A stretch of 64,000 bases of DNA from an uncultured bacterium. Lineage in GTDB: Bacteria; DAOPZR01. The notes under the pieces are model-generated. The model was not told the DNA's origin. It worked only from the letters and a program-made list of their open reading frames with translations, and ran no database searches. The stretch is from assembly GCA_964637655.1 (NCBI GenBank), contig CAZWUZ010000001.1, positions 599 to 64,598 on the forward strand. Reading direction: 5' to 3'. The translations under genes were made by a program, and so were the position numbers. Below, piece by piece: positions 10,269 through 19,579 of the stretch (the first letter of the stretch is position 1; each line of letters begins with the position of its first letter).

Positions 10269-12296
10269 TCAACTCCCCACCCGTGACAGCATCTGTCCGG
10301 CAGTATGTTGCGCGATTTCGCTGGTGGCGCTCACCGCCCATGCCTCCGCACGACTGCGGTAGTACCCGCTGCGGCGCATGTCGCCATACAGCGCCGCGGC
10401 CTGTGCGGCGCCGGCGAAACTCTGCACGAACGCCGAACGCAATTCCTCACTGCGGCGAATGTCTGCGTCGTTCACACCGGGACTGCGTTCACCGGCTCGC
10501 TGCGCGCGGCGGGACAACGACTGCATCCAGTCCTCCAGCGCCAACGCCGCATAACGCCGGTACTGTTCGGCGGACCTCCGGTCACCGCGCTCCAGCAGCA
10601 ACGCTCCGCACAGTTGCCGGTTGTGCGGATTATCCTCCAAACGCGCCGCCAGCAGGAATTGTTCAGTTGCCGCCAGGGTGTCGCCGCGCAGGTAGGCGGT
10701 CAGGCCCGCGTTGTAATGTACCTGCGCATAATGCGGAGCAACCCGCATCAACTGCCGGTAGTTGTCTGCCGCTTCTTCCACCCTGCCCAATTGCAGATTG
10801 ATATAGGCACGTTTGTACCATGCGCCCGGATCGTTGCGGTTGTCTGTCAGTGCTGCGGTAAGCATGGTATGTGCTTCCAGCCATACCGGCCGGTTGTCCT
10901 CGGTTACCGCCCCCCCGGCATTCTGCAGTAGCGCCTCACCGCGTTTGGCCAGCATGTGCGCAGAAAACATTCGCCACTCCAGCAAGCCGACCACAACAAA
11001 GATTCCTGCCAGACTGGCCATGGCAAGGTACTGCCGCGCCTTGACCGGAGTTGCCGTGGTTGTTTCTTCCTCTTCCCTCGCACCGCCCGCAAGGATAAGA
11101 ACAAGGCCAATGACCGTGCCTGCGACAATTTCCATCGGGGGACGTCGGCCGTGCGGCAGGTCAAAAGCCATGGTTGCCAGCAGCGCGGCGCTGCTGAGCA
11201 GGCCGATAAGCAGGTGCCGGCGGAACCCGTTGCGTTCATTGTGCAGTGCGCGCAGGCCGAGATGAAGCACCGCGCCAATACACCATACGGCGAGCACCAG
11301 TCCGACCATGCCCTGCTCCGCGGCAATGGTTGCATATTCGCTGCCGGGCGACTGCATGGTATGACTTACCCCGAGTCGGTGATACTGCGGCGTACGGAAG
11401 CGCGGGAAGTGCGTCGCGAACATACCAATCCCCTGCCCGAAGACCGGGCTATCCGCCCACATCCGCGCCGTCCCGCTCCAAATCACCTGCCGTACCGTGG
11501 TGGCGAATTCACTGGTATGTCTGCTGATCAGCCCGCTCGTACTGGCGATCAGCAGCACCGCGCCGGCTGCTGCGGCAACCAATGCATTTTTGTATCCCGT
11601 ACGAGCCGCGCCGGTCAGTGCCTGCAGGGCGACAAACACGAACAACGCCAGCAGCAGCGCTGTATTCACGTCGGGATTACTGATCTCATAGATGCACCAC
11701 GCAGCGCCAATACTGCACAGGCAGAGCAGCACCCTGAGAAGCCAGTGCCGGCAGGCGAGCAGCATTGCCAGCATCAGCGGTAGCACGCTGGCAATGAACA
11801 GCACCAGTTGGCATGGGCAGCACAAGCCCGCCAGCATCACCGGCATGCCCCATTCGATCACATCGTAGCCCGTATGCTGCAGCAGCGCGTAAACAATGTT
11901 GTAGACGGCCGCCGCCAGCAGCGCGCCGATCAGCAGCAGCAATTCCCGCCGCGTCCTGACATGTTCGTAGACCAGCCAGATGAACAGGATTCCGGTCGCA
12001 TAGTAGGCGGTAGCGGCCAGCGACGGTGCGGTCGGTGAAAATACCAGCGAAGCAACGCAACCGAGCAGCAGGCAGAGCAGCGGCAGCGCAGCCGGCATAA
12101 AACGGAAGCGGATGTTGCCCGCAAGCAGCAGTCGCGCGAACCAAAGACAGGTCATCCCTGCAACCATTACCTGTCCAATCACCGTCTTGATTATGCCGGT
12201 GTCCTCCGTGGACAGGGAGAACACGGTCGCTGTCAGCACAACACACAGCGCCAGACCATACACGACAGTCTGCCGCATGTATTCAGCCGCGTTCAT
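10269..12296 (-). CDS. O-antigen ligase / Wzy-like polytopic membrane protein with C-terminal TPR repeats
   Basis: 675 aa: about 10 TM helices with a large periplasmic loop, then a TPR-like C-terminal ~250 aa. Architecture matches O-antigen ligase family proteins fused to TPR. Confidence 0.45.
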   Translation of the reverse strand: MNAAEYMRQTVVYGLALCVVLTATVFSLSTEDTGIIKTVIGQVMVAGMTCLWFARLLLAGNIRFRFMPAALPLLCLLLGCVASLVFSPTAPSLAATAYYATGILFIWLVYEHVRTRRELLLLIGALLAAAVYNIVYALLQHTGYDVIEWGMPVMLAGLCCPCQLVLFIASVLPLMLAMLLACRHWLLRVLLCLCSIGAAWCIYEISNPDVNTALLLALFVFVALQALTGAARTGYKNALVAAAAGAVLLIASTSGLISRHTSEFATTVRQVIWSGTARMWADSPVFGQGIGMFATHFPRFRTPQYHRLGVSHTMQSPGSEYATIAAEQGMVGLVLAVWCIGAVLHLGLRALHNERNGFRRHLLIGLLSSAALLATMAFDLPHGRRPPMEIVAGTVIGLVLILAGGAREEEETTTATPVKARQYLAMASLAGIFVVVGLLEWRMFSAHMLAKRGEALLQNAGGAVTEDNRPVWLEAHTMLTAALTDNRNDPGAWYKRAYINLQLGRVEEAADNYRQLMRVAPHYAQVHYNAGLTAYLRGDTLAATEQFLLAARLEDNPHNRQLCGALLLERGDRRSAEQYRRYAALALEDWMQSLSRRAQRAGERSPGVNDADIRRSEELRSAFVQSFAGAAQAAALYGDMRRSGYYRSRAEAWAVSATSEIAQHTAGQMLSRVGS

Positions 12297-12326
12297 GCGC
12301 GCCCTTTCCGTTCAGACACACGCAGA

Positions 12327-12599
12327 TCAAGTGCCATACACCACGTTCACAATCAGCGCGTATTCGCCGCCCACCACCAGCGCGCAGGCGAGCACAAAGG
12401 CGAAGAGTTTCATCTCCGCCCACTTGTCATCCCAGAACCTGCCGCGCAACGCCGAGATGAAGTCAGGGGTCAGCATGTACATCAGCGACTCCTTGATCCC
12501 CTCGCTGTCCCCAAACATGCCGCGCAGCAGATACAGATAGCACGGCACATTCAGTATCACCAGCATCGTCAGCAGGAAGGGATGCTCAACCATGTCCAT
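12327..12599 (-). CDS. small membrane protein (90 aa)
   Basis: Two hydrophobic helices. Confidence 0.35.
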   Translation of the reverse strand: MDMVEHPFLLTMLVILNVPCYLYLLRGMFGDSEGIKESLMYMLTPDFISALRGRFWDDKWAEMKLFAFVLACALVVGGEYALIVNVVYGT

Positions 12600-12641
12600 G
12601 CGCTTCTCCTTTGCGCCAATGCCCTTCGCGGTTCACAGCAT

Positions 12642-13247
12642 CTACCCGGTAGTCCGCAGATAATAGCCCGTCCGTGCTGCCGGCTGATACAGCAGCAGCG
12701 CACAGCCGCCGGTCGCTTCGCCGGTCATGATCAGGTAGCCATCAGCACCACGCAGCGCCTCATGCGTCCACCAGTCGGGTTGTGACTCGTATTCCGTCAG
12801 GGCAAAGACAGCATGCGGGCGCGGCAGGGTATCGTTCCCCTCCTGCGTCGTCGCCTGCAGCACCAGATCACCCGGAGTAGCATCGATGTATTCTCCACCC
12901 GCGTACACTGCAATTTTTCCATGCTTCGTCACCCCGAGCGCAGGCACGAGCATAGCAATGTCCGCCTGCTCAGCCGCAAACCGGTACCAGTGGATACCAT
13001 TCGGGCCGACCGAGGTCCGCGTCGCCGCAACATCACGTATGCCGCCCGGCAGCGTGAATTGTTCAATTGCACTCTTCGCACCGCCAAAACGGCACCAGGC
13101 AGTCACCCCCATGTCATACCGCAATGACTCCAGCGCATCTTCACCCGACTGCGTGCAGGTCCATGGCATGAACGGGAGCAGCAGCAGGCAGAGAAACAGA
13201 ACAGCCCCGCCCAGCAGCATAAGCGAGATCCGGTTATCGCGGTTCAT
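12642..13247 (-). CDS. secreted protein, member of a 3-copy paralog family in this window
   Basis: Signal-anchor at the N-terminus. C-terminal PDWWTHEALRGADGYLIM resembles 55518..56078 and 56051..56581. Confidence 0.5.
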   Translation of the reverse strand: MNRDNRISLMLLGGAVLFLCLLLLPFMPWTCTQSGEDALESLRYDMGVTAWCRFGGAKSAIEQFTLPGGIRDVAATRTSVGPNGIHWYRFAAEQADIAMLVPALGVTKHGKIAVYAGGEYIDATPGDLVLQATTQEGNDTLPRPHAVFALTEYESQPDWWTHEALRGADGYLIMTGEATGGCALLLYQPAARTGYYLRTTG

Positions 13248-13268
13248 CGGTTTTCTCCGTTATCGTCA

Positions 13269-16200
13269 TCAGAATATCACCGTGTGGAACATGCCGGACA
13301 TGCTACCGACCGCGTTCCGCTGCCGTACGTACTCCAGCCATGACTTGAGCGCCTGCATGGTCGGAAGGCTGATGACCGCCATACGCGGCTGTACTGCCAG
13401 CCCTGAACTGACCGTACGCATGGTCATCCGCGCGCGCAGCATACGTACCGACTCATTCTCCGTCTCGTCCGGTTCCGGCTTCGGGGCTTGGCGCACCTGG
13501 AAACTGAAGGTATCACCGGCAAACTTGCCGGCCGCTTCCGCCATCTCCCAGATGCGGCGCGGATCGCCCGTCATCCGGTTCCTGGTCGCGCGGATGTGGC
13601 TGCCGGTCGGATTCAAGCGCATAAGTTGCAACAGTGCTTCCTGCCGTTCGCGTGCCGGCAACCATGCCGCCTCGCCCAGTTCATGTATCCGTTCCCAGGC
13701 ATGCAGGTAGTCAGGATCCAGCGCCACGGCAGCACGGAACAGTTCAGCCGCCTCGACGGGCCGTTGCTGCTCGATCCGCAGGTTGCCCAGCAGGTACGCG
13801 ACTCGCGGATTCTGCGGTTGCTCGCGCCGCAGACGTGTGAATACCGTATCCGCATAACCAAGTGCCGTTTCGCCGCCAAACGAATAGCCGCAGCCGAAGC
13901 ACAAATCTTCCATGCGCCCCACCTGTCCGGGGAGCAGTTCGAAGGCCTTGGTGAAATGCACTGCCGCCTCGTCATGCCTCCCCGCGCGCGCAAGTTGGAT
14001 GGCCAGTCGCGCCTGGATGCAGTACGCATCGGCAAACTGGTCGAGTCCCTTCTGGTACAACGGCAGCGCCCGCTTGAGCAGCATGGCACCCGCGTAGCGG
14101 TCTGCCAGTTCAGCCGTGCGCACGCCATCGACCAGCGACGCATAGACCGTGGCCGTGGAATCACCACGCAGTCGCAGTATATCGCGCAGCACTTCGTACG
14201 CCCGCACGCGGTTCCCCGGCTGCTGATCGCCATCCGTCGGATCAATGGCGATCGCTTCGCGCACTGCCGCCTCGGCCGCTGCCAATTCGCCCCGCTGCAT
14301 CAGTGCCACTGCCTTCCAGATCAGCGGGCGTTCCTCGAAGCGGTCGCGTGTCATCAGTTCATCGTAATACGCCAGCAGGTCGGGCGGATTGAGTTGCTGC
14401 AGCAGCACGTGCGCCGAGTCCGACCCCTGATTCTGCTGCAGCAGATAGCGCGTAAGTTGCAGTGCCTCGTCACGACGTCCCGCCTGACGGAGCGAGTCGG
14501 CGAGGTAGTAGAGCGTTGCTTCCCTTTCGTATTCATTGGTCAGCACCGCCGCAAGGTCGGTGTCCGGCCAGATGGCTGCCTGTTCGAACAGTGCGAGCAC
14601 CTGCTGCCACTGCCCGGCACGGTGATAGATTTGGACGAGTTGGCGCGCCTCATCTTCGTAGGTCAGTGCCGTTGACGGGTCACGCTCCGCTTTCGCTTTT
14701 TCCCGCATCGCAGTCATGATGACACGCTGCGCCTCAGCAAGATGTCCGTTATTCAACAGCGGTTCGATAATCTGGCGATACCAGTAATAATGCAGTTGAT
14801 GTTGGACATTTCCCGGCTGCATGAGCCGCAGCCCGTCATCCGCCATCGTCTTCCCCAGTTCCGCCTCCTGCGCTGTTCCGCCCTGCAGCAACTCTCCTGC
14901 TTTCAGCGCCATTTGGCCGAATCCGCTCATGGCATTATCACCGGAATACGGGTCGGGTCTGGCCACTCCGCTGTCGGCCGGCATTGGCCAGGCCGCCACC
15001 TGCCGTACCAGTGCTGCAGCCTCGACAATGCGATCCTCTGCCAGCAGCGCCTGCAGCAGATGTCGGGCGATCATGACGCGATTGGGCAATGCCGGTGAAT
15101 CTGCCAGTGTTTGCTGCGCCAGCAGGCGCAGTTCGTCCGGTTTCCCCTCTTCAAGCATGCGGCTGGCATAGACAGCCCACAGGCCCGACTGCGGCTTGCG
15201 GAGCAGCACCGTACGCAGGAACTGACGCATCGCCGGGCCATGGCCGCGCCGTGCCATCTGTGTGATCACGCCATGCAGGGAATACATCCGGTCCTCGCGT
15301 TCCAGCATCGCCATCGCTTCGTCGATCCGTCCGCGCACTACCAGCCCGAGACAATAATACGCCTGGGCCTCGCGGAACTGCCAGTCGTTCTCCGGCTTGC
15401 GGAACTGCTGCAGGCAGCGCTCGTACAGCGCGAAGCCGTCGGGCGATTCGGTCAGTTGCCACTGTGCGGCCCCGAGGGCGGGCGTGTCGACAGCCAACGC
15501 TAGTTCCCGCGCCAGGCGGCGCGTGGCGTTTTCCTTCTCCATGCTGAATTGCACCGGCAGGCGCAGTGCGCGCTTGAGCAGCACTGCCGCCCGCGCCGGT
15601 CCGATGGCCGTCACCAGGTCAGGGACGTTCAGTCCGCTCCTGCCGTACCGTCTGATTTCCTCGTGCGTGCGCAGGTACTCTTCCAGCACCTGCAGCTGCA
15701 GTTCGAATGCCGCCGCCAGCGAGTCGGGATTGTCACAGGTGGCGATATACGCGTCGAGCATGCCGCCGACCGCGCGCATCGCGCCCTCCGCATTGTAGCC
15801 GCGCTCTTCGTCCGGTAGTGTCGTGGCCGCGGTCTGCAATTCGCGCCAGAAGGTTTCCCGGTCATTGGTCAGCACCGCGCCTGTCAGGCGCAGCGACGCA
15901 TCCGTATCCGCAGCCAGCAGCGGCCACGCATCGGGACCCGGCAACACGTTCCACAGCAGATCGAGATCTGGCGGCATGATCGCCCGCCCCGGCCGCATGC
16001 GATACGCGTACTTCTGCTGCATAAATTCACGGAACAATACGCCCCAGCGCCTGCCTGACTCTGCTGCCGGCAGTTGCGGCTGCTCCTGTTCATACTGCTC
16101 GACGCGCTGCATGAAGAGTTCCTGCGGATCGCTGTCGGTCGCCTCTGCGGTATCCGCTGCCGTCGTGTCGGCAAGTTCCGCCAGTATCGCGCTCACCGGC

Positions 16201-16277
16201 AGCAGTTCGTCCGCCGCCGCCAACGCTGGCGCACCCGCAAGCATGGCGCATACCACTACGATAATCCTCAGGCACAT
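13269..16277 (-). CDS. large secreted TPR-repeat protein (1002 aa)
   Basis: Signal peptide MCLRIIVVVCAMLAGAPALAAA, then helical TPR-like repeats over about 950 aa. Confidence 0.65.
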   Translation of the reverse strand: MCLRIIVVVCAMLAGAPALAAADELLPVSAILAELADTTAADTAEATDSDPQELFMQRVEQYEQEQPQLPAAESGRRWGVLFREFMQQKYAYRMRPGRAIMPPDLDLLWNVLPGPDAWPLLAADTDASLRLTGAVLTNDRETFWRELQTAATTLPDEERGYNAEGAMRAVGGMLDAYIATCDNPDSLAAAFELQLQVLEEYLRTHEEIRRYGRSGLNVPDLVTAIGPARAAVLLKRALRLPVQFSMEKENATRRLARELALAVDTPALGAAQWQLTESPDGFALYERCLQQFRKPENDWQFREAQAYYCLGLVVRGRIDEAMAMLEREDRMYSLHGVITQMARRGHGPAMRQFLRTVLLRKPQSGLWAVYASRMLEEGKPDELRLLAQQTLADSPALPNRVMIARHLLQALLAEDRIVEAAALVRQVAAWPMPADSGVARPDPYSGDNAMSGFGQMALKAGELLQGGTAQEAELGKTMADDGLRLMQPGNVQHQLHYYWYRQIIEPLLNNGHLAEAQRVIMTAMREKAKAERDPSTALTYEDEARQLVQIYHRAGQWQQVLALFEQAAIWPDTDLAAVLTNEYEREATLYYLADSLRQAGRRDEALQLTRYLLQQNQGSDSAHVLLQQLNPPDLLAYYDELMTRDRFEERPLIWKAVALMQRGELAAAEAAVREAIAIDPTDGDQQPGNRVRAYEVLRDILRLRGDSTATVYASLVDGVRTAELADRYAGAMLLKRALPLYQKGLDQFADAYCIQARLAIQLARAGRHDEAAVHFTKAFELLPGQVGRMEDLCFGCGYSFGGETALGYADTVFTRLRREQPQNPRVAYLLGNLRIEQQRPVEAAELFRAAVALDPDYLHAWERIHELGEAAWLPARERQEALLQLMRLNPTGSHIRATRNRMTGDPRRIWEMAEAAGKFAGDTFSFQVRQAPKPEPDETENESVRMLRARMTMRTVSSGLAVQPRMAVISLPTMQALKSWLEYVRQRNAVGSMSGMFHTVIF

Positions 16278-16357
16278 GGTCGTTGCTCCTCCGTGGTCTC
16301 GTCGCTGCCAGTTCTCTGTGTTCCTTGTTCTATCGTAACTATTCAGCCAATCAGTCC

Positions 16358-16380
16358 CCTCTCCTTTGGGAGAGGGCGAC
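16358..16380. other. perfect 8-bp stem hairpin (CCCTCTCC-TTTGG-GGAGAGGG) in a 217-bp intergenic region
   Basis: Read directly from the sequence. No flanking U/A tract, so not a canonical intrinsic terminator. Confidence 0.25.
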
Positions 16381-16494
16381 GCGCAGCGTCGGGTGAGGGG
16401 ATATGTCCGCCGTGTCCGCCCTCACCTGCCGCTCCGCGGCTTCCTCTCCCGTCAGGAAAGGAAAACATGGAACCGGCTGAACTGATACGTTCCA

Positions 16495-17106
16495 TCACTC
16501 ATGTGCGGCCTCTGACAGTACTACGCCATCGGCGAAATACTGCGAAAGGTACAGTACCTCGCTGGTCCCGACACCCCAGTACAGTACAATTCGCATGCCG
16601 CCATTTTCGTAAAACGTTCTCACGCCGTCAGACTCACGACCCGTTCCCGTGAATCCTGATTTCGCCACCAGTACGCCCGGCAGTATCGGGACGCACCACC
16701 GCACAAAAGGATGCGGTCCGTCACTGCGCGGTTGTGGCACCTCCGGGGCGATGTCCGTCTCTGCGCGCTTCTCATTGCACCTCTGCACCCATTGCAGATA
16801 GTGCGCATAACCCTCTTCTGATTGTGCCTGCATATACCGCACATAGGTCTGCCATCCGCCAATCCCGGTAAGCACATAGAGCGCCACTACGCACAGCGAC
16901 AATTTCGGGTAACGTCTGACCAGGCACAGCGGCAAGTGTGCAGCAGCGTGTAGCATGTACATGCTGCTAACCGTGGCCCGCTTTACCATGATTGCCGCAT
17001 CCTTTCCGGCGACACTACCGCGCCACATAGCGCTGCAACTGCCGGTCATACCGCAGCGTTGCCCGATGCGCGGTGTACCACTCCCGCAGTTGTGCATCGT
17101 CACCAC
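16495..17106 (-). CDS. hypothetical membrane protein (true start probably near 16989)
   Basis: The ORF overlaps its upstream neighbour by 91 nt at the annotated start. An internal Met precedes a TM helix. Confidence 0.4.
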   Translation of the reverse strand: MVTMHNCGSGTPRIGQRCGMTGSCSAMWRGSVAGKDAAIMVKRATVSSMYMLHAAAHLPLCLVRRYPKLSLCVVALYVLTGIGGWQTYVRYMQAQSEEGYAHYLQWVQRCNEKRAETDIAPEVPQPRSDGPHPFVRWCVPILPGVLVAKSGFTGTGRESDGVRTFYENGGMRIVLYWGVGTSEVLYLSQYFADGVVLSEAAHE

Positions 17107-18337
17107 GGTAATCGAGAAACAGCTTCAGGATATCGCGCCCCTTCAAACGAACACCCACGTGGTTGATTATTTCAGTGTTTTCGTCCATGCTGCTAAGATA
17201 GTATTCGATTGCATCGACATTTCCTTCCTGAATCGCCAGCAGGGCAATATCCTGATAGAGAATGGCGTCTTCTGGCTGCGCCTGCCATTTTGCGCGAGCC
17301 AGGCGCCAGGCCGCTGACACAGCATTCTCAGTCGGGCATCCGGCACGACGCATGGCGCGATACGCAGTCGTCAAACGGTTACTGTATCCTACCGAACGAC
17401 CTTCGTCTGCTATCTCATACTCCGCAATCAGATACCGCTGCAGCAGGGGGAAGGTTGACGTATCCTGCAGCGTGGCGACAGCCAGCGCCCATTCCGGCGA
17501 CACATCATTCATGCGGCTGCGAAACACCCGGAGCACTACTGGCGCCGCTGCCCGTTCCCAATGCCGGGCACGAATCAGGTCGATGAGCTGGAAACAGCGG
17601 GGCAAGGCGGCAATGATCTGCTGCTGGTCGCTGTCCGTCGCCAGCGAATCAATGGCCAGGAGCAGATGCGTGTTTTCCTGAGCATAAGTGGTGACCAGCG
17701 CTTCCAGCAGCAGTCCGAGGCGCTCATGTCCCACCGCTACGAGCCAGCCGATTTCCGGGTCATCGCTGGAATAGTGACTGCGTTTGCGGCCGCGTTCGGT
17801 AATGTGCCTGATATAGCGACGATACTCTGCTGTGGTCGGAGCAGGCGGCAGCGAGATACCCGCCGAGCTATCCTCGGCAACTGTCGCAGCATATACATGC
17901 CTCTGCGAGAATATCGACCGTATTCTTTCGCTCCCGGTCAGTTCGTCGATGGCCGCATCAACTTCCATCGCGAATTCCGGATAGCGCTTTCTGGCATCTT
18001 CGAGTAGTGATACGTTCTCCCGGCCAACCCGAGCCAGTACGAAACTGATTGAACTCCTGTCATACGCGAGGAATCCCTGTACAGGCAGATAACACGCAAG
18101 CACGGCATCGATATACTCGCGATATGCTGCGGGTGATGGATTGGCCGGCAATCGCAGTTCTGCCGCCGCTGGATAGCCCGGACACGGAGCCGGACCCGAC
18201 AACTGCCGGTTGAATTCTTCTCTCGCCTGATAATCCGCATACTGATACACTGCCAGAATCAGCACCGCAACCACCGGCAGCAGCAGGATCTCTCTTTTCC
18301 AATCCCGCCGCACTGTATGCGCCCTACGCGTATTCAC
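17015..18337 (-). CDS. N-terminally anchored helical-repeat protein, paralog of 19580..21121
   Basis: Shares the motifs YRRYI, HWER and ALQDTSTFPLLQRY with the 520-aa ORF upstream. Confidence 0.55.
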   Translation of the reverse strand: MNTRRAHTVRRDWKREILLLPVVAVLILAVYQYADYQAREEFNRQLSGPAPCPGYPAAAELRLPANPSPAAYREYIDAVLACYLPVQGFLAYDRSSISFVLARVGRENVSLLEDARKRYPEFAMEVDAAIDELTGSERIRSIFSQRHVYAATVAEDSSAGISLPPAPTTAEYRRYIRHITERGRKRSHYSSDDPEIGWLVAVGHERLGLLLEALVTTYAQENTHLLLAIDSLATDSDQQQIIAALPRCFQLIDLIRARHWERAAAPVVLRVFRSRMNDVSPEWALAVATLQDTSTFPLLQRYLIAEYEIADEGRSVGYSNRLTTAYRAMRRAGCPTENAVSAAWRLARAKWQAQPEDAILYQDIALLAIQEGNVDAIEYYLSSMDENTEIINHVGVRLKGRDILKLFLDYRGDDAQLREWYTAHRATLRYDRQLQRYVAR

Positions 18338-19578
18338 GGTTGGCTCACTCGCAGGGATGAGGCGTATTCATCCGGTGTGATCTTGATAATGACATAACTG
18401 GGGCGCAATCCATTGGTGCGTAGTGCAGCACGTACAGCATCATCCCGGGCGAGCCCGCGGTCCTCGTACAAGTAAGTGACACCACGATAGGTACCACGGC
18501 GGTACCACTGCATGCCGGCATAGGGCGAAGCCAGATAGCGGTCAATTTCCTGCACCATGCCGGCAAGGTCAGCGCGTGACACGCTGGATGTGTCAATCAC
18601 TCCTGACGGACTGGCAAAAGCACTGCTGGCAAGCCTGATTTCCCAGCGCGGGCGTTCCCCCGCCGCCGCAGTAAGCGTGAATTGTCCCAGTTGCGCCACC
18701 GGAATATCCGTCTCGGTGTTGCGCTCAAGCCAGTTGCGCAAGGCACTGCGCATCTGCGCCAGATGCGGATAGGTCGTCCGGTCGAAGACAAGGTAGACGT
18801 TCCCGCTGCTCAACGTCATGCTGAAATCGGCTTCTGAGTTTACCGCCATGCCACCATCATCCAACCGGGACCAGGTTCCCTGAACGGTCACCCGGGGAGG
18901 GGGGATGTCCGCGTGTTCGATGCGCACGTAGCGGCCGTCGGCGGCAAATACGTGATAGGTACATATGAATCCGTCATTATCCATAAAGTAGAGCGAGGAC
19001 GAATCCGCTGCCGGGAGTGCTGCCGTCATTGCGGCTGGAATGTCGCGACGCGAGTTGTTCGTATCTGCTGCTGCTCCGGAGGTGGCCGCGCTCTGTATGC
19101 GGGTGAACCCGTTCCAGTAATCCGGGTCACCAAGCAGGCCGCCATACAGGTAGCGCTGTCCGGAGGCAGGGAGGTCAGCCATGAACCAGTCGACGTTGCG
19201 TGTACGCCAGTTATTCCCGATGTCGCACATCAGCACCGTATCAAGTTGGACCGTGGACCCGGACAAATTCCAGTTTCCGGTCTGTGTCTGGGGTACATTC
19301 GTTCCGGGCAGTGTGACAATCTGCCGGAAGCGGCCGTCAGCCGTAAACTCGATTGTCACCGTGTACTCCGCACGCTGCTGTTGCCATGTGCCCAACAGAT
19401 CAGCCGGTTGCACCGGCGTGCGCGACGGTTCCGGTGTCGTCAATCCCGATGACGCCCCGCAGGCCAGCAGCAGCGCTGCCACCACCACGGCAGCTGCTAT
19501 GCTCAATGCACTGTCCCTGTTGCGTGCGGTGTGTCGCGTGGAACAACACATGCTCGGGATACTGCCCTGGATTTTCAT
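18334..19578 (-). CDS. lipoprotein (ORF to 19704; lipobox LLLACG)
   Basis: Internal Met then AAAVVVAALLLACGASS. Soluble beta-rich body. Confidence 0.5.
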   Translation of the reverse strand: MKIQGSIPSMCCSTRHTARNRDSALSIAAAVVVAALLLACGASSGLTTPEPSRTPVQPADLLGTWQQQRAEYTVTIEFTADGRFRQIVTLPGTNVPQTQTGNWNLSGSTVQLDTVLMCDIGNNWRTRNVDWFMADLPASGQRYLYGGLLGDPDYWNGFTRIQSAATSGAAADTNNSRRDIPAAMTAALPAADSSSLYFMDNDGFICTYHVFAADGRYVRIEHADIPPPRVTVQGTWSRLDDGGMAVNSEADFSMTLSSGNVYLVFDRTTYPHLAQMRSALRNWLERNTETDIPVAQLGQFTLTAAAGERPRWEIRLASSAFASPSGVIDTSSVSRADLAGMVQEIDRYLASPYAGMQWYRRGTYRGVTYLYEDRGLARDDAVRAALRTNGLRPSYVIIKITPDEYASSLRVSQP

Positions 19579-19579
19579 C

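Noticed and set aside
16358-16380. Hairpin as an intrinsic terminator
   Set aside because: No U-tract on either strand flanks the stem.
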